Below are positions 14,392 through 28,970 of a stretch of DNA of 64,000 nt, piece by piece; positions within the stretch are counted from its first letter, which is position 1; each line of letters begins with the position of its first letter. The notes under the pieces were generated by a model. That model was not told the DNA's origin and did no database searches. It was given only the letters and a program-made list of their open reading frames with translations. The stretch covers positions 11,718,001 through 11,782,000 of the forward strand of contig CM022677.1 of the NCBI GenBank assembly GCA_012295275.1, written 5' to 3'. The position numbers were made by a program, and so were the translations under genes. This DNA is from Chrysomallon squamiferum (Eukaryota > Animalia > Mollusca).

Positions 14392-16058
14392 GTGTCGTCC
14401 CATCCTGTCAAATCCCATGTACCGGCCACAGAGGAAAACAAAACAAGTTGAATTTGTGTATTTAAAGTTCAAGCACTATATTCAGAGACAGTATTATTCA
14501 AAGTTCAAGCACTATGTTCAGAGATAGTATTATTCAAAGTTCAAGCACTATGTTCAGAGATAGTATTATTCAAAGTTCAAGCACTATGTTTAGAGATAGT
14601 ATTATTTAAAGTTCAAGCACTATGTTCAGAGATAGTATTATTTAAAGTTCAAGCACTATGTTTAGAGACAGTATTATTCAAAGTTCAAGCACTATATTCA
14701 GAGATAGTATTATTCAAAGTTCAAGCACTATGTTTAGAGACAGTATTATTCAAAGTTCAAGCACTATATTCAGAGATAGTATTATTCAAAGTTCAAGCAC
14801 TATGTTCAGAGATAGTATTATTTAAAGTTCAAGCACTATATTCAGAGATAGTATTATTCAAAATTCAAGCATTATGTTCAGAGATAGTATTATTTAAAGT
14901 TCAAGCACTATATTCAGAGATAGTATTATTTAAAGTTCAAGCACTATATTCAGAGATAGTATTATTTAAAGTTCAAGCACTATGTCAGGAGATTGTATTA
15001 TTCAAAGTTCAAGCACTATATTCAGAGATAGTATTATTCAAAGTTCAAACACTATATTCAGGGATACTGTGATCAACTGTGAGGTGTCTTGTCTCCAGCC
15101 TACAACTGTCTCTTGAGACGTCCTACCCCTCCAAACTGTCTCTTGAGACGTCCTACAACTCCAAACTGCATCTGATTCCTTTATGCCTGCTCTGCCTTTT
15201 CAATTCCTTCGATGAGGTGTACAAACTTGTAGATGTTGGGTGCTGGTGGGGTAGAGCTCTACTGAGCCTTGAATGGAACCTGGCAACAACACAAACAGGA
15301 GAGGGATCCATGTACAATGTAAAACTGGTTCAACAAACCAGGGCAAGAGGAGAATGTCCTGTCCATGTAGATCATCTCAGCTGTCTTAGATCTCTGAGCT
15401 GATCATCACTTGAGAACTCCACCATCTTGTCAGCATCTCCATCCGAGAACAAGAGGAAGCATCTTGTGTTTGTGTCCAGGGTGCTTGTAGGTGCAGCTCT
15501 TCTCTGGGAGGACGGGGGATGGTTGTTTTATGATGAGGATATAAGGCGCTCTTCACACTGTGGAAGGTAGGCAAGGCAGGAACATCGTTGTCATCGTGGT
15601 GGACAATCTCATCGTTGTAGATCTGTTGTGTGATTTTGTCTCTTACCTGCTTGTGGATGTGCTCATGAAACGAATGTCAGTCTGGTTATCAGGCGGATGA
15701 TTATAAATAAATAAAACAAGACATGGGATGCAATTGAAAATGTTAAACAAGCCAGGGAAGATTTGATTAATAGGCTAAACAATGTAAAACAAAGGAAGAT
15801 TAACCAATTTTCCCCAAAAGATAGCACAAGATTTGATTGTTTTTAACTGACAGAGAAGATTGGATTAATAGGCTAAACAAAACAATTTGTGAAACAAAGA
15901 AGACTTAACTAATTTTCAAGAAATAAAAGATCACACAAGACACAAAACAAATAATACATTTACAGCATTGGATTAATCCATTCAGCAGCAAGCTAGGGTC
16001 AGGTTGTTATGTCTGTATTAATTTCAACAAAATGCGATTCGACAAGATGGGACGACAC
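14392..16058 (-). mobile_element. Mutator-like (MULE) DNA transposon, internally deleted, with terminal inverted repeats
   Basis: TIRs gtgtcgtcccatcctgtcaaatcccat (14392-14418) and atgcgattcgacaagatgggacgacac (16032-16058) match 24/27. The minus strand at 15160-15700, read across frameshifts, gives ALPTFHSVKSALYPH...APWTQTQD..FLLFSDGD.DKMVEFSSDDQLRDL..AEMIYMDRTFSSCPGLLNQFYIVHG and then FHSRLSRALPHQHPNIYKFVHLIEGIE. These match the MULE transposase DGTF..CP..F.QLY.IHG and HPNIWK motifs. Confidence 0.85.
14460..15062. repeat. 36-bp minisatellite, ~16-17 copies, inside the MULE relic
   Basis: Unit aagttcaagcactatattcagagatagtattattca recurs with period 36 (14465, 14501, ...). Confidence 0.95.
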
Positions 16059-16110
16059 CACACACACACACACACACACTATTATCTGACAAGCAATTAT
16101 CACTATTGCT

Positions 16111-16153
<43 letters not shown>

Positions 16154-17483
16154 TTATCGGAGTAGTAGCAATTATCACTATTGCTGATACACACACACTC
16201 ACTCACTCTCAGGAGTATAAAGATATGTAAAGCTAAAATTACAAAATTAATTATAAAAGGCAGAAAGAAACTCAGAGACAGAGTAAGAGAGGTATAGATA
16301 TATCTATCTATCTATGAAATTCAAGAAAATGAGAGAGTAAAAACAAAAACAATAAAGACATAATAATAAAAAACATATTTCTGGTGATAATATTGTCAGA
16401 TTTCTCTCCAGAATTAAAACAAACATTTAAAAAAGTATTCTTTATATAATTATAATAATTCCATTATCATATAAAAATATACCTAGACCAATAACCAGAA
16501 ACAAACAAGAACAAATATATAGAAAAAAAAAAAAGAAGAAAAAATACCATTAACTGTAACTATGATAATAAAAATAAACATACAGATTCAACATGGACTC
16601 CACAGACTGAGTTATTAACACATCCGTTTAATCCAATTGGCTGGAAGCTTGAGCTTGTGAGTAGGATTTCTGGTTTCTTGACAGACAGGGTCAAGGTCTG
16701 CATCAGCCAATGAGATCCAACACTTAAAGCTGTCACATGACTGGTAGAGTTTCTAAAATTAGATTAATCAAGAAACTTGATTTATAAACTGAATTTATAT
16801 TTTAAGGAAGTTAGAGTTTATCTATGTGTGTTTATTTATATTCTTAATGCAGAAATAATCAAATTACATTAATTATTTAAAAACATTTCCAAAATTAAAC
16901 TCAGTAATGGTTACTTTTAATAAATCAAATGGCTACTACTGACCACAAATGGCTTTCACAGCATCTGTACCAGCCATTCTCAACCCATCTAAGTTAATGG
17001 TTGCTAGCTGAGTCAGTGACATCAACAAAGGTTATTGTCCAAAAGTACTTGAGTTTAGTTCTGCTTTTCTTAAACTGACATATTTCAAGTTTGTAAATTT
17101 CTCTGTGGCCAGTTTCTTTGTACTCTGTCAGCTTTGCTCATGTCGTATGTGAGCCTTTCAACAGAACTCTGAATTGCTTCATGTTCTTCAAAAAGAAAAA
17201 TTAAAAAATTAAAAATCATTCATCTTTCATATACATACTGAAACACACATAGAAAAAGCTAGCAAATGCACATACATAGACACACATAGACAGACAGACA
17301 GAAACTCAGAAACAAAGACACCAACTAACCCTAAATACCAACAACAGATGACAAATACACTGAGATGCCAAACACAGACACAAATAGAATGACAAAGAAT
17401 GAATGAGAAAGAAAGAGAGAGTGTTGAAAAAAGCAGTACACAATTTAGTGATCCTAGCTGGACATTAAAAACAAATAATAACA

Positions 17484-17523
<40 letters not shown>

Positions 17524-20500
17524 TAGAATCTACATAAGCAGAAAATAACTGATTTGTTATTATTAAAATGTAGTTAATAGAAGACATCATAATGTTTTAA
17601 TAGTAGTAATAGTATCAACAAATGTAGCAACAGCAGCAGCAGAATTTGTAGTTGTGCTATTAGTGGTAACAATACTAGAAGTAGTAATAGTTTTAGTATT
17701 AACAGTACTAACAGTAGTAATAGTGGTAATAGTTGTAGTATTAGTAGTAACTGTACTAGTTGTAACTGTGGTAGAATTAGCTTAGGTCATATAGTAGTAG
17801 TAAATACAACAAGAAGAGGTAGTAAATAACTGGAGCCACCACAGTAGTAGCAGTAGTAATAGTAGTAGTAGTAGTAGTAGAAGTAGTAGTAGTAGATGTA
17901 ATAATGGTAGTAAATATAATATAATTAACATATAAATAACAACAGTAGAAATAGCAGTAACATACATAGTGGTAAATAGATATATAATACTGGTAATAGT
18001 TTTAGTGTGTTGAAAGTCACTGTTACTATTTTTTTCAGTAACAGAGTAACAGTGGTAGGAGCAGAAGTTGCAATATTAGTAGCTAACTGATACTACTGGA
18101 AAATTACATAAACTACTCCTAATAATAACACTAACAATAATAAAAAGAAGAAGAAGAAGAAGAAGAGAAAATAAGAATTTGTTTTTCACAGTTATACATA
18201 TATAAATATAAAATAATTTCTTGTTATTAAGTTTTATTATTATTATTATTATTACTACCACTACTATTATTATTATTACTACTACCACTACTATTATTAT
18301 CGCTATTATTATTATTATTGTTATTATTATAAAAGATTTTATAACAGTTATAATTAAGATTACTCACAGCACTCTCAGTGTCTGTTTTGTTGGTGGTAAG
18401 GCTAAGGAAGAACACTGTTGTGTTAGAACACATTGCCAAACACACAGCTCAGAAAGCCTGGGGTCCAGAACTGTTTCCTGATAAATTTAAAACCTAGGTA
18501 AAAAATAAAGGTGTTAATAATTAATGAAAATATACAATACTAAATTATTCAGTAGGCTGTAATATTAAATAAAATAATGAAAAGATTAATAATAATGAAT
18601 GTAAATATCCAATGTTCTGTAATTCAGTATGGTTATATTTTAAATAAATTAAAAATAATAAGAAAATTAATAAATAAATAAATAAATGATAGATAGATAG
18701 ATACATATATTAGATTGACAGAAGATAGATAGAAAGATTTATAAATAAATAAAAGTAAATAAAATAAAAATAATCAACTGTCTACTAAAACTTGTTTTAA
18801 AAGCATTTTTATAAATTAAAACTATGAATAAATTTAAAATTATTTAAATAACTGATTCTTAAGCTATTTATATTCAGAATTATCAAAAGAGAACGTAAAG
18901 AAAGATTATATAAGATATTTTCTTTCTTTGTTATACTTCAAAAATATTACAAGTATTTGAAAATAATTGTTAAAAACATAAAGAGAAGAAATAAAGAAAA
19001 AAGAAAGAAAACTAAAAGCTTGCTAATTAGGAACAAATAAGAAATGATATATAAAGACACAGACTGACATACAGAAGGACAAACAGATAAGTATATAGTA
19101 AGTAGAAACATAGGCATATAGACAAATTCTCAGAAAGACAAACACCTTTATCTGAACATTTTCAAGGAAAGAAAAACACACAGAAAAGCAGAGAGAGATA
19201 GAAATACATAAATAAATAGGCAGACACAAAGAGAAACAGACAGATAGACAAAGACATATTTACAGACATATTTACTTGAATATTTTTTAAAGGTTTTAAA
19301 ACCTGACTAAGTGATAAAGCTTGTGGCAGTTTAAGTCTTGGTCTGGCTGCTTTCAACCAAAACTCTGGATTCACAAGAAGAATCACATGATCAAACTTTT
19401 TCTGTGGATCCATATCTTCCTTGCTTGGCACAGTTTGAGTTTTCAGTGGTTGGTGTGGTGATGTCAGTTTGCCTCAGTCTAATGGTGGTACTGGTGTTTT
19501 TGGTGCCAACTGCTGTTTCATTTTCAATGTGAAACCCATGTCAGTTCTGTGTTATAATAAAACTAAATAAAAAAATAAAACAAAAAAATAAAAAAATAAC
19601 AAAAATATAAATACAACTGTCACGTAATAATTTTAACAAATGATTGGTAACTGTTTAAAATAGACTAATAGTAACAAACAAGTTATCAGAATAATACTGT
19701 TCTAAAAAATCACTAATAATAACAACTTTCATTAAACAAAATATATTGGTAGTCTAACAACAATACAAGTTTACAACTTCATTATTGTTCAGGTCTGCTT
19801 GGCATATCAAAATAACAGTGTTTTCACTGGCAAACACTAGAAATATGACATCTCAGTGGAATCACATTTTCAATTAGAAAGAACATCTGCACTAGTAACA
19901 AAAATGTATACTGAAATATTAATTATCTGAGATATTACTAGGTAACTTGTTTTATTAAAACACTGAATACTGTTGAGAATAATGTAGGAATATTGTTATG
20001 TGCAGTTTTTTATCTCTTAAGTGCTGTAACTAAGTGTAAGTTCTGACCTCAGATCATTTGAAAAAGCGAATATGAAAAAAACAATGAAAAGAAAAACGTC
20101 TGATCACAGCTGAATAATAACAAACATGAAGAAGAAACATAATACTGACAACAATTATAACTAGCCTGTAAAAAAATAATAACAATAATAATAATAATAA
20201 ATAAATATTAAAATAAAATAATTTGAATTATTAGAATGTAGAAAAATAACTAGAAAGATAGAGATGCAGTGAAAATAATAAATAAATAAATAAATAAATA
20301 TAATAATAATATAAATATATATGCATACACATATAATAATAATAAAAAAAAGAACTCTAATTCTTTAAATAACCATGAGCAGGATAACAAAATTCTAAAA
20401 AACAAAAGAAATTAAAATGATAAAAGAAAGAGACTGAAGAACTAAAAGGAATAATATAGTATATTTTAAAAGATGTCAGGAAAAAATAAGTAAATAACAA

Positions 20501-21763
20501 ATAATGGTAACATAAAAGAATAAGCAGAAACTAGGAAATGAAGAATAAGAAACAAAAAGAATGAAGAAGAAAATTAATAAGAATATGAATGGTTAGTAGA
20601 TTCCAAAAAAAAAAAAAAAAAAAAATAATAATAATACTAATAATAATGATAATAATAAAAATAAATAATTTTGTTTTTTAAATAATAAATAAATAATCAA
20701 AAATATTAAAATAAAAACTAAGAATTTAAAATATGAAGAAACAAAAAGAAAGAAGAATAAGAACTACGAAGAGAAACCCAGAGACTGAAAAATAATAAGT
20801 AAATTCTAATATTATAAAATCTTGCAAAAATAAATACAGAAAGAGGAACACAAAAGAAGAAAAAGAAGATTATGAAGAAATTACAATGTAGAAAAATAAC
20901 AAGAAACAATAATCATGGTAAATAGGTTAAAAATAAACAATCAAATAACTTTAAAGAAAACACAAACATTAAAACAAATAAAAACAATATGAAGAAATAT
21001 GAATAAACACAGGAATAAGAAGAAACAAGAAGAATAAAACACAAGAAGACAGAAGAATTAAGATACACAAACACACATGCTGCACAAACAATGAAAATAA
21101 TTTATTTTTATCAATCTTGATTTAAATCATTTTGTAAAGAAAGATTTATTCGGGATCATTTGTTATTTTCCGGCTGCCAAAACCGTCACATATTATGACA
21201 TCTAAAATAATATTATGATGCTTGCTGAAGGATGAAGTTAATGTCTTTATATCGCTTCATCTCAGAATTTTGTTTATACATGGTAGACTTTTTTGATAGT
21301 AAAACTAATGACGTAATCGAGACCTGTTTTCAACTCACATGTGGCTTTGCATCTGCTAGAAAAAATGTAAATAATAAAATCAGATGGTTCAGTAAGAACT
21401 ATTCATTTATTAATATTATACATCACCAAACCAGATGGAAGAAGCATTACAGAATGCTCAATAATGGAAATAAGATCTCTTAAATTCTAATATTTATATC
21501 AATTTTCATTTTCATGAACAACAGAAATACAAATAAGCTTCTCTTTTTTCTTCTTCTTTGTTTTTAGCACTGAAAGAATTTATTGAATTTTAAACTTTTA
21601 TTTATTTATTTTCAGTATTTTTTTTTTTCAATCACTAAATAAAAACAAAATATTTTTTAATTAACATTTTTCTTCTTTCTTTTTTGTTTGTTTCTTTCTT
21701 ACTTAATATTATATAAGTTTATTAATTTTCACTAATTAGGACTATTATTATTATTATTATTAT

Positions 21764-21801
<38 letters not shown>

Positions 21802-22114
21802 TTTCTTTTTCCAAAAGAAAAAAGAGTAAGTTTGTTAAGTGAGAGTAATAAAATAATAATTATTATTATTTAAAATCTGTACTGAAATATATTTAATTTT
21901 CATTTTTACCAACAATAGCAAAAATGAAAATGTATTAAAATATGTATAATGAATGTGAAAATTAACCCTGAACAATGTGCATATTTTCTTTTCAACAATG
22001 GAATATATATATTCATTTAAAAAATCCACTTTCATTCACAATAAACAGTGAAATCTTATGATGTAAAATGAACATTAAAAAATGTATGTAGGTAGGTCAC
22101 TGTGTCATGATATG

Positions 22115-22239
<125 letters not shown>

Positions 22240-22399
22240 GCTTGTGGTGAGAGTGTACTTTTGTATGGGTTATAAATGGACAGGCAAACAGAAATATACA
22301 TATGGATTTTGAAAGTTGTTTTGCATGCAGGAGGCAAGTGAGACAGAGAGACTCAGAGGTAGAGAGAGTTTGATACATTAAATGGATCTGAATAAATTC

Positions 22400-22595
22400 A
22401 TAAACAAAAAATATTATCTGTGAATATCATGCAGTTCATCAGCTAGTTTATGTATATTATTCTAACACAAAACAAAACTGCAGTGATTAAAATCCTGAAG
22501 TGTTATCTTGATCTGAACTTGACTTTTATCACCTACAAATCTTTGTTTATTAAAGTTAACAGATTTGAATCCTGAACGAGGAAGTGACCCAGCTG

Positions 22596-22629
<34 letters not shown>

Positions 22630-25600
22630 ACAAAGTAATGCAGATACTGCAAGAGTAACACAGAAACTAATCAACTCTGTGTCATCTCATATATAAAGTT
22701 TTGACTGGTAGGAAACAGAGTTGTAAGGATTTACATCTGCTTCTTCCTGATCAATGGCAGTTTATAACATAATTACCACCAACTTGATGGCTGTGCATTT
22801 GGAAGGTACAGTTTTCAGGAATATCGAGGAATAATCAAAGACAGCTTGGGCTTCAAGATCAACAAAACAACAAAAGCCTTTAAGGTCCCCCGGTATCAAA
22901 GTCACTACATCAACAGATTCAACAGCACCCGGGGAGGCATCATGACACTCGTCAAACAAGACATTCCACACACCAAGCTGAACCAAGGCAAAGTCCACAC
23001 CAACATCAAAATACTAAGCATCACAGTACACAACAACAATCAAAACATCAACATAATTAACATATACAGCTCACCCACTCCCACACTACACACCATCCAA
23101 ACCCACGACTTAAACAAAATGATGACAACAAACAACAAGCTCATTAAACTGGGTGATTTCAACTGTAATAACACCTTATGGGGTGGCTCGACAGACAGCC
23201 CTGGAATCGTCCTCGAAAATTTCCTAGAGCAAAACCAGCTGGTCTGTCTGAATGATGGAACACACACATACACAGCAACATCAATGGTGGCCAATCAGCC
23301 ATTGATCCAACATTCACAAAGTAAGGACATCATAGTGCTCTGTGAATGGCAAGTGCTCAATGAATTAAACAGTGACCATCACCAAATACTCACCAACTAC
23401 AACAGCAAGAACAGTTTCTCAGACAGATCCATTTTCACATCCAAATGGAACTTCAACAAAGCGGGCTGGGAAGGCTTCTACAAAGCATGCAGAAACATCA
23501 CCACACAGAACACCAATGACATCGACATCTACTGCACATCACTCACCAACACTATACACTCCATTGCAAACAGATTCATACCCAAAACCAGACAATGCCG
23601 CAGCAAAATATCCATTCCCTGGTGGACGGAACGCATAGAAAAGAAATGCAAAGAAAGAAACAAATTCAGAAGACAATACAAAACAGACAAATTATTCCAC
23701 AGACGAAAAATACAAAATAACAAACAACGAAGTTTCCAATCTAATTCTCACTGCAAAACTAGAACACTGGGAACTCTTTTGCAACAACATTGACCACAAA
23801 ACATCAGTCAAAGACATGTGGGCCAAAGTAAAAAACATCCAAGGCAAAATTCCCCACAGAACCAACACTCTCGGCAAAAACAACACTGCATTCACTGACA
23901 AACAAAAAGCAGACCTACTCAGCAAAACTTTTGCCAAGTCCAGCAGCAACTCAAACTTCCCACTGAAATTCACAAAGAAACCACTGGACTACCCAACAAT
24001 CGATGAACATTCCGCAGATACAGAACACATGTAATACAATCAACTCTTCAACATCAGCAAATTAAAACATGCCCTCAAAAACAAGAAAAGTACAGCCACA
24101 GGGCCAGATAAAATAAGCTACACAATACTACAACACCTACCAGACGAAACACTACTAATCATACTCCACCTCTACAACACAATTTGGACCAAAAAACTGG
24201 AAACAGGCCGAATGTTTCAGCTTGCCCAAACCACACAAAGTTCACTTACTACCCAACAGCTACAGACTGATCATACTGATGTCACACATGTGCAAAACAC
24301 TGGAAACGATGTCAACACACACCTGAGCCAGCATTTAAACAACAACAATTTAATCAGCAAATATCAAAGCTGCTTCAGGAAGAAACACAGCACAAACAAC
24401 CAGATCACCTGTCTGCAAACATCAATCAACCAATCTTTTAGGAAATCAAAAAAAGTCATCACAGTGTTCCTAGACATTGAAAAAGTGTTTGACATGGTAT
24501 GGAGGGAAGGACTGCTCGTCAAATTAATCAAGAACAACATCAAAGGCAACATGTTCAACTTCATTAAAGACTTCATCAACAACAGATCTGTAGCAGTCAA
24601 AGTAAATGGTCAGACCTCAGAGAAAATGACAGTCGACAATGGCATCCCACAAGGATCCATAATCTCGCCAACAATCTTCAACATCTACATCAACGACATC
24701 GTCACAGCACTTGACAAACAATGCCAAAAATCCACCAACTGAATCAATAAACACAGCTCTCTTTGTAGATCTAAACAACATACACGACTGGGCATAAAGA
24801 TTTCTCTTTGGAAAATAACATGTCTCCTTTTCAACAAAAACCCAGATAACAACAAAATTACACTAAACATTAACAACAATGTCTTAACACAAACCAAAAC
24901 ATTCAAATTTCTAGCCAACATTCAACAGCCAACTCAACTTCGGATGCCACATACACAACATAATTGCATCCTGCAAAAAATACTCAATCTTCTAAAGCTA
25001 ATTTCCAGTTGGGGAGCAAATAAGTCAACGCTAATTTTGATATACAAAGCGTGTATTCTCTCCAGGCTCGACTAGACATAATTCAATCCAGCGCCCTCAG
25101 AGTGATCAGCCACCTGCCAAACACAACACCACCCGACAGCCTCCTGTCAGAATACAGCATCCAGCCACTGAAATACAGAAGAAAGCTGCAGCTACTGAAA
25201 TACAACCTGAGGATACACACCCTGAGCACAGACCACCCCGTCAAGGATCTGGTCCCCAACCAACAAAGAATAGGGCAACCCTTTAAATCACATAGTCTAC
25301 TTCTATCAAATTTCCTGACAACAGCCAACAAAATTGAAAGGGAAACAGGAATAAGGGAAATGCCACTGCCGGCATACGACAAAGAAGCAAAACCAGCAAT
25401 AAACACACCTTTCCTAATTAAAACAGAAACAGACAAAACAGAGTTCCCACCCTTCAAAAAAGCAATATTTCTAGCAGCAGCAAACGACCACTATGAACAA
25501 CACACGCACATCTACATCAATGGATCCAAAAACCCAGACCCCGGGACAGTAGGATTCGCCTTCATAGCCCAAGATCACACAAACAAACCCACATGCATAC

Positions 25601-27910
25601 GATTCAGAAATCACCTTTCAGCATGCACGGCCGAATTGGTCACCATCATCAGAGCCATGCTGTGGATAAAACACAACAACAAACACACAGTCATATTCTC
25701 AGACAGCCTAAGTTCCGTCATCTCAGTACAATCCGGACATACCAGCAGACCAGACCTACTCAGCAGACCTACAACATCTACACGAGGACATACAACACAA
25801 CAACAAACAACTAATCATCAAGTGGCTCCAGCACATCAGCATCATCGGCAATGAACTTGCCGACCATTTTGTAATTGTTCATTACAGAGAACAAAATAAA
25901 GAGAATTCTACCATTTTAAGTAACCCTGTGAAATAAACATTGCCATCAAATTATTAATAGTGGCTCTTGTCTTATAACTTATAGAAAAACAAATCACCCA
26001 TATATTTTAAGATCCCAGTCACCCAAACAGAACTTTGGTAGCATTTGGTGATTGGCCATTACAAGCCCTGTATTCATATGTAATGTACATGTGTACTTAA
26101 ACACATTACTGTTACTTATTATTATTAAACATATCGATACCACTTACTTCAGAACAGTTCTCTATTTTATTGACTTCCTCTGACTGGCTAGTAAGAGTAT
26201 CAGAAGAATTTGTCATCTTCGGGTCTTTTTTGTCATAATCGCCTACAAAACCAAATAGAGATTTATTTTCAGCTTGCACAATTAAATTTGCAAAACAGGA
26301 TTACATTTTATCAATTTTGGAAGTAAAGCTGGATTAGCCACAGTTAACAAACTCAAAATGGTTTCCAGCTTACAGTTTGTTTTATCTGTATTCACTGAAT
26401 ACATTTGTCTCTTTTATTTCCTCTGTCATCTTGAACTTCTACAATGATCTAGCAGACTGTTTTGGCAGGCATTATTTCTCATAAACAAAAACAAATTCAT
26501 AAACAAAAATTAAAGAAAGGCATTTAATCCCAAATCAAAACTAATTACTTCTGCTAGTTAAATTCTTCAATGGAATGAAGGTCAGATCTGAATCTGCTAT
26601 TAATTTAAATGTTTATATAAACATGCAGAGAAGTTTTGAATGCCAGTATTTAAAAAAAAATAAATATATAAAATAAAGTAAATATTAATAATAAAATTAA
26701 AAATTAAATACAAATAGAGAGATGACAAATATAAAATAAAGATGAATTTTTATTTTTAAAGCTAAAGAACAATTTTTCATTCAGAAACACCTTTAACAAA
26801 ATTATGAACTGATTTGACACATACCTCAACATCATTCCTTAAGCCGTGTTGTTCTTATGAGTTAGAAATGAAACTGTTTTGATTACTCCTAGTACAAATA
26901 TAAGGTAAAAAGAAATAAAACAGTGCTAATGGAAGTAAACTAAGTCACCTGCTGCTCAACTTCCAGACTTTTGTCTTTACAACTGTCACACACAGCCATC
27001 ACAGTCGTCTGTCAAGTGGTTTCTTTTTTAAAGATTTTCAAGTTTTTTCTTCCTGGTATTTGACTGTTGAAATTGGAGTCTGCACTGTGGAGGAAAATGT
27101 ACAACTGTTGCCAATGCTGAAAAAAACTGCAAAGTGGAGTTTACAAATGTTAAACAATTCAATTGTTTGAATCCAAGATGAATTTGACATAGGCTGAAAT
27201 GACATAGAGCAAGGTAAGCTTGACACTTTAAATTGGTTATTATACAGTTTGACACCCACTACAACATTTAATAAAATAGAATAAATTCAGTGGCTGATCC
27301 GGTGGAAGTGAATTTTACTTTTTTTATGATTATATTTTTTTACTGTTCATTCAAAATATATTTTAATGAATTTTACAAAGTCATTGTACTAATCAAAATA
27401 CATTAAACATAATGTATATTGCTATTTTAATCCTTTTATATAAAAGTTAATAACATAATGTTAATCTGATTGCAAATAAGAATATAAACACATTTGATAT
27501 ATTATTTTTATTAAAATTACATGCTCTAATCTGAAATACATACATTTAATACTTTACATGGTAGGTGAGATATTAATAAGATCAAATTACAAATTTATAC
27601 AAATGTTCTGTTCACTACTCTATTAGGCTGTCCTGCAAATTATTACACTGATTCTATTCATTTTCAGTACATCATTTTACAAAACTGAAATTATTTAAAA
27701 CTGAAATAAAATGGAAAGGTTTACAATGCATAATGTATTTAAATACCTGCTGGACAGCAACAAATACTTCAACTCTACTGGAGACTCGAGCTCTCTTTGG
27801 TCCAAAATGTCGACTTTGAACTGATCAACAATTTCTTGAATATTTTTACCCTTAACAAGCTGATTTAACTTCTGAAAACAAACAGTTTAAATCCACAGTT
27901 TAGTCTAACA
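22400..27910 (-). repeat. Inverted segmental duplicate ('gene X', piece B), interrupted by a LINE
   Basis: 22400-22700 is the reverse complement of 5020-5300; both translate to AGSLPRSGFKSVNFNK.RFVGDKS.VQIKITLQ.FNHCSFVL. 25865-26270 is the reverse complement of 4400-4700. 26620-27910 is the reverse complement of blocks within 53760-57240. Confidence 0.9.
22760..25870 (+). mobile_element. Non-LTR retrotransposon (LINE, I-group-like: APE endonuclease, RT, RNase H), 5'-truncated and frameshifted
   Basis: Endonuclease motifs: RGGIMTLVK, NIYS, LGDFN..NTLWG, LNDGTHT, SDH, followed by WNFNKAGW and IPWW. RT motifs: ATGPDKISY, FRKKHST, VFLDIEKVFDMVWREGLL, GIPQGSIISPTIFNIYINDI; the YADD region is deleted. 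RNase H motifs: HIYINGSK, AELVTI, VIFSDSLS, and H.SIIGNELAD at ~25830-25865. The strand is A/C-rich. Confidence 0.95.
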
Positions 27911-27912
27911 TT

Positions 27913-27970
<58 letters not shown>

Positions 27971-28405
27971 AAAACATTTATATTAAAAACATATACCATA
28001 TTCAAAAACAAAAAAGAAAAACATTCCTAATATGAATTTTGTTGATTAACTAGTTATTAACACTCATATATTTAACATACAACCTGATTCATTATTTTAT
28101 TTACAAACATTGTGCTATTAAACAAACCATGAAAATTGAGAAACTGTGGTCAACATAAATATAGACACCAGCTACAGTACATCCATCTCCAATGTATTTT
28201 AGTGTGTCTGTCATCACAGGAACAGTGACACTGTGTGAAGGCTGACAGTTCCATCTGGTAACAGGAAAGTCAAACATTTTAAAATACTCATAAAATATTA
28301 TACTTCTTCTTCTTTTGTTTTAAAATATAGAAATTTACAGAAAATATTCAGGTTTATACGAATGTAAGTGTTGTGTGTGTGTGTGCGTGCGTGTGTGTGT
28401 GTTGT

Positions 28406-28444
<39 letters not shown>

Positions 28445-28970
28445 GAATTAAAATGGAGTCATAACTACATCTCTGCCCAGTCTCTGCTGGTGCTCTGAGA
28501 TCTCACACTTGAGATGCTCTATCTGTACTCTGTAGGCCTGCTCCTGTGACTCCTTACCACTCAGTCTCAACTCCAGAGCTCTCTTCTCCTTCTCCATCAA
28601 GTAGTTCTGAGCCTTCAGCTCTGCCTTCTCCTCAAGAAAAACAATTCATATGTAAATGACAAAGTCCAAACCTTCTCTACCTGTGAAACAATATCATAAC
28701 AGAGTCCATATATTCAGCTTGCCTAGAATTCAGAAAATGATTTAATATAAATGGAATAAGACACAAAGACCAAACTGCCATTAATAAAAAAAATTAAAAA
28801 ATAAAGAAAAAGTACAAGTAAATGCAAGTTAATATAGTAAAAAACTGAAACACAATTTTCATTACTAAATTAACAAAATTAAGAATGCCTGTTCGATTAG
28901 CCTGTTTGATTTTTTTCCTTCCCAAAGAAGGTCAGATGCTTGGTTGGGGCTACATTTCATAAGACTGCCC

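Larger units (their letters stand above)
11968..19548 (-). pseudogene. Unidentified degenerate multi-exon gene relic ('gene Y')
   Basis: Exon-like blocks, most with a minus-strand GT donor: ~19302-19548 (KFDHVILLVNPEFWLKAARPRLKLPQ), 18369-18497, 16930-17190, 16585-16752, 13924-14040, 13480-13572 (ECWVI*SAVQPISQIKETVNFLLCNHVERS), 13200-13277 (KECILSVDEIEHYLWVKKMEKYL), 12546-12674 (VVKITLSLQLADHRARAVYTFNLSG) and 11970-12060. Several carry in-frame stops. Confidence 0.4.

Noticed and set aside
14284-14472. 62-aa ORF as an exon of gene Y
   Set aside because: It overlaps the MULE terminal inverted repeat and the start of the minisatellite.
14460-15062. 36-bp repeat of CRISPR-like length
   Set aside because: Head-to-tail units without spacers.
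23040-25814. Antisense and alternative-frame ORFs within the LINE
   Set aside because: They are shadows of the T-poor LINE ORF2 strand and carry no independent motifs.
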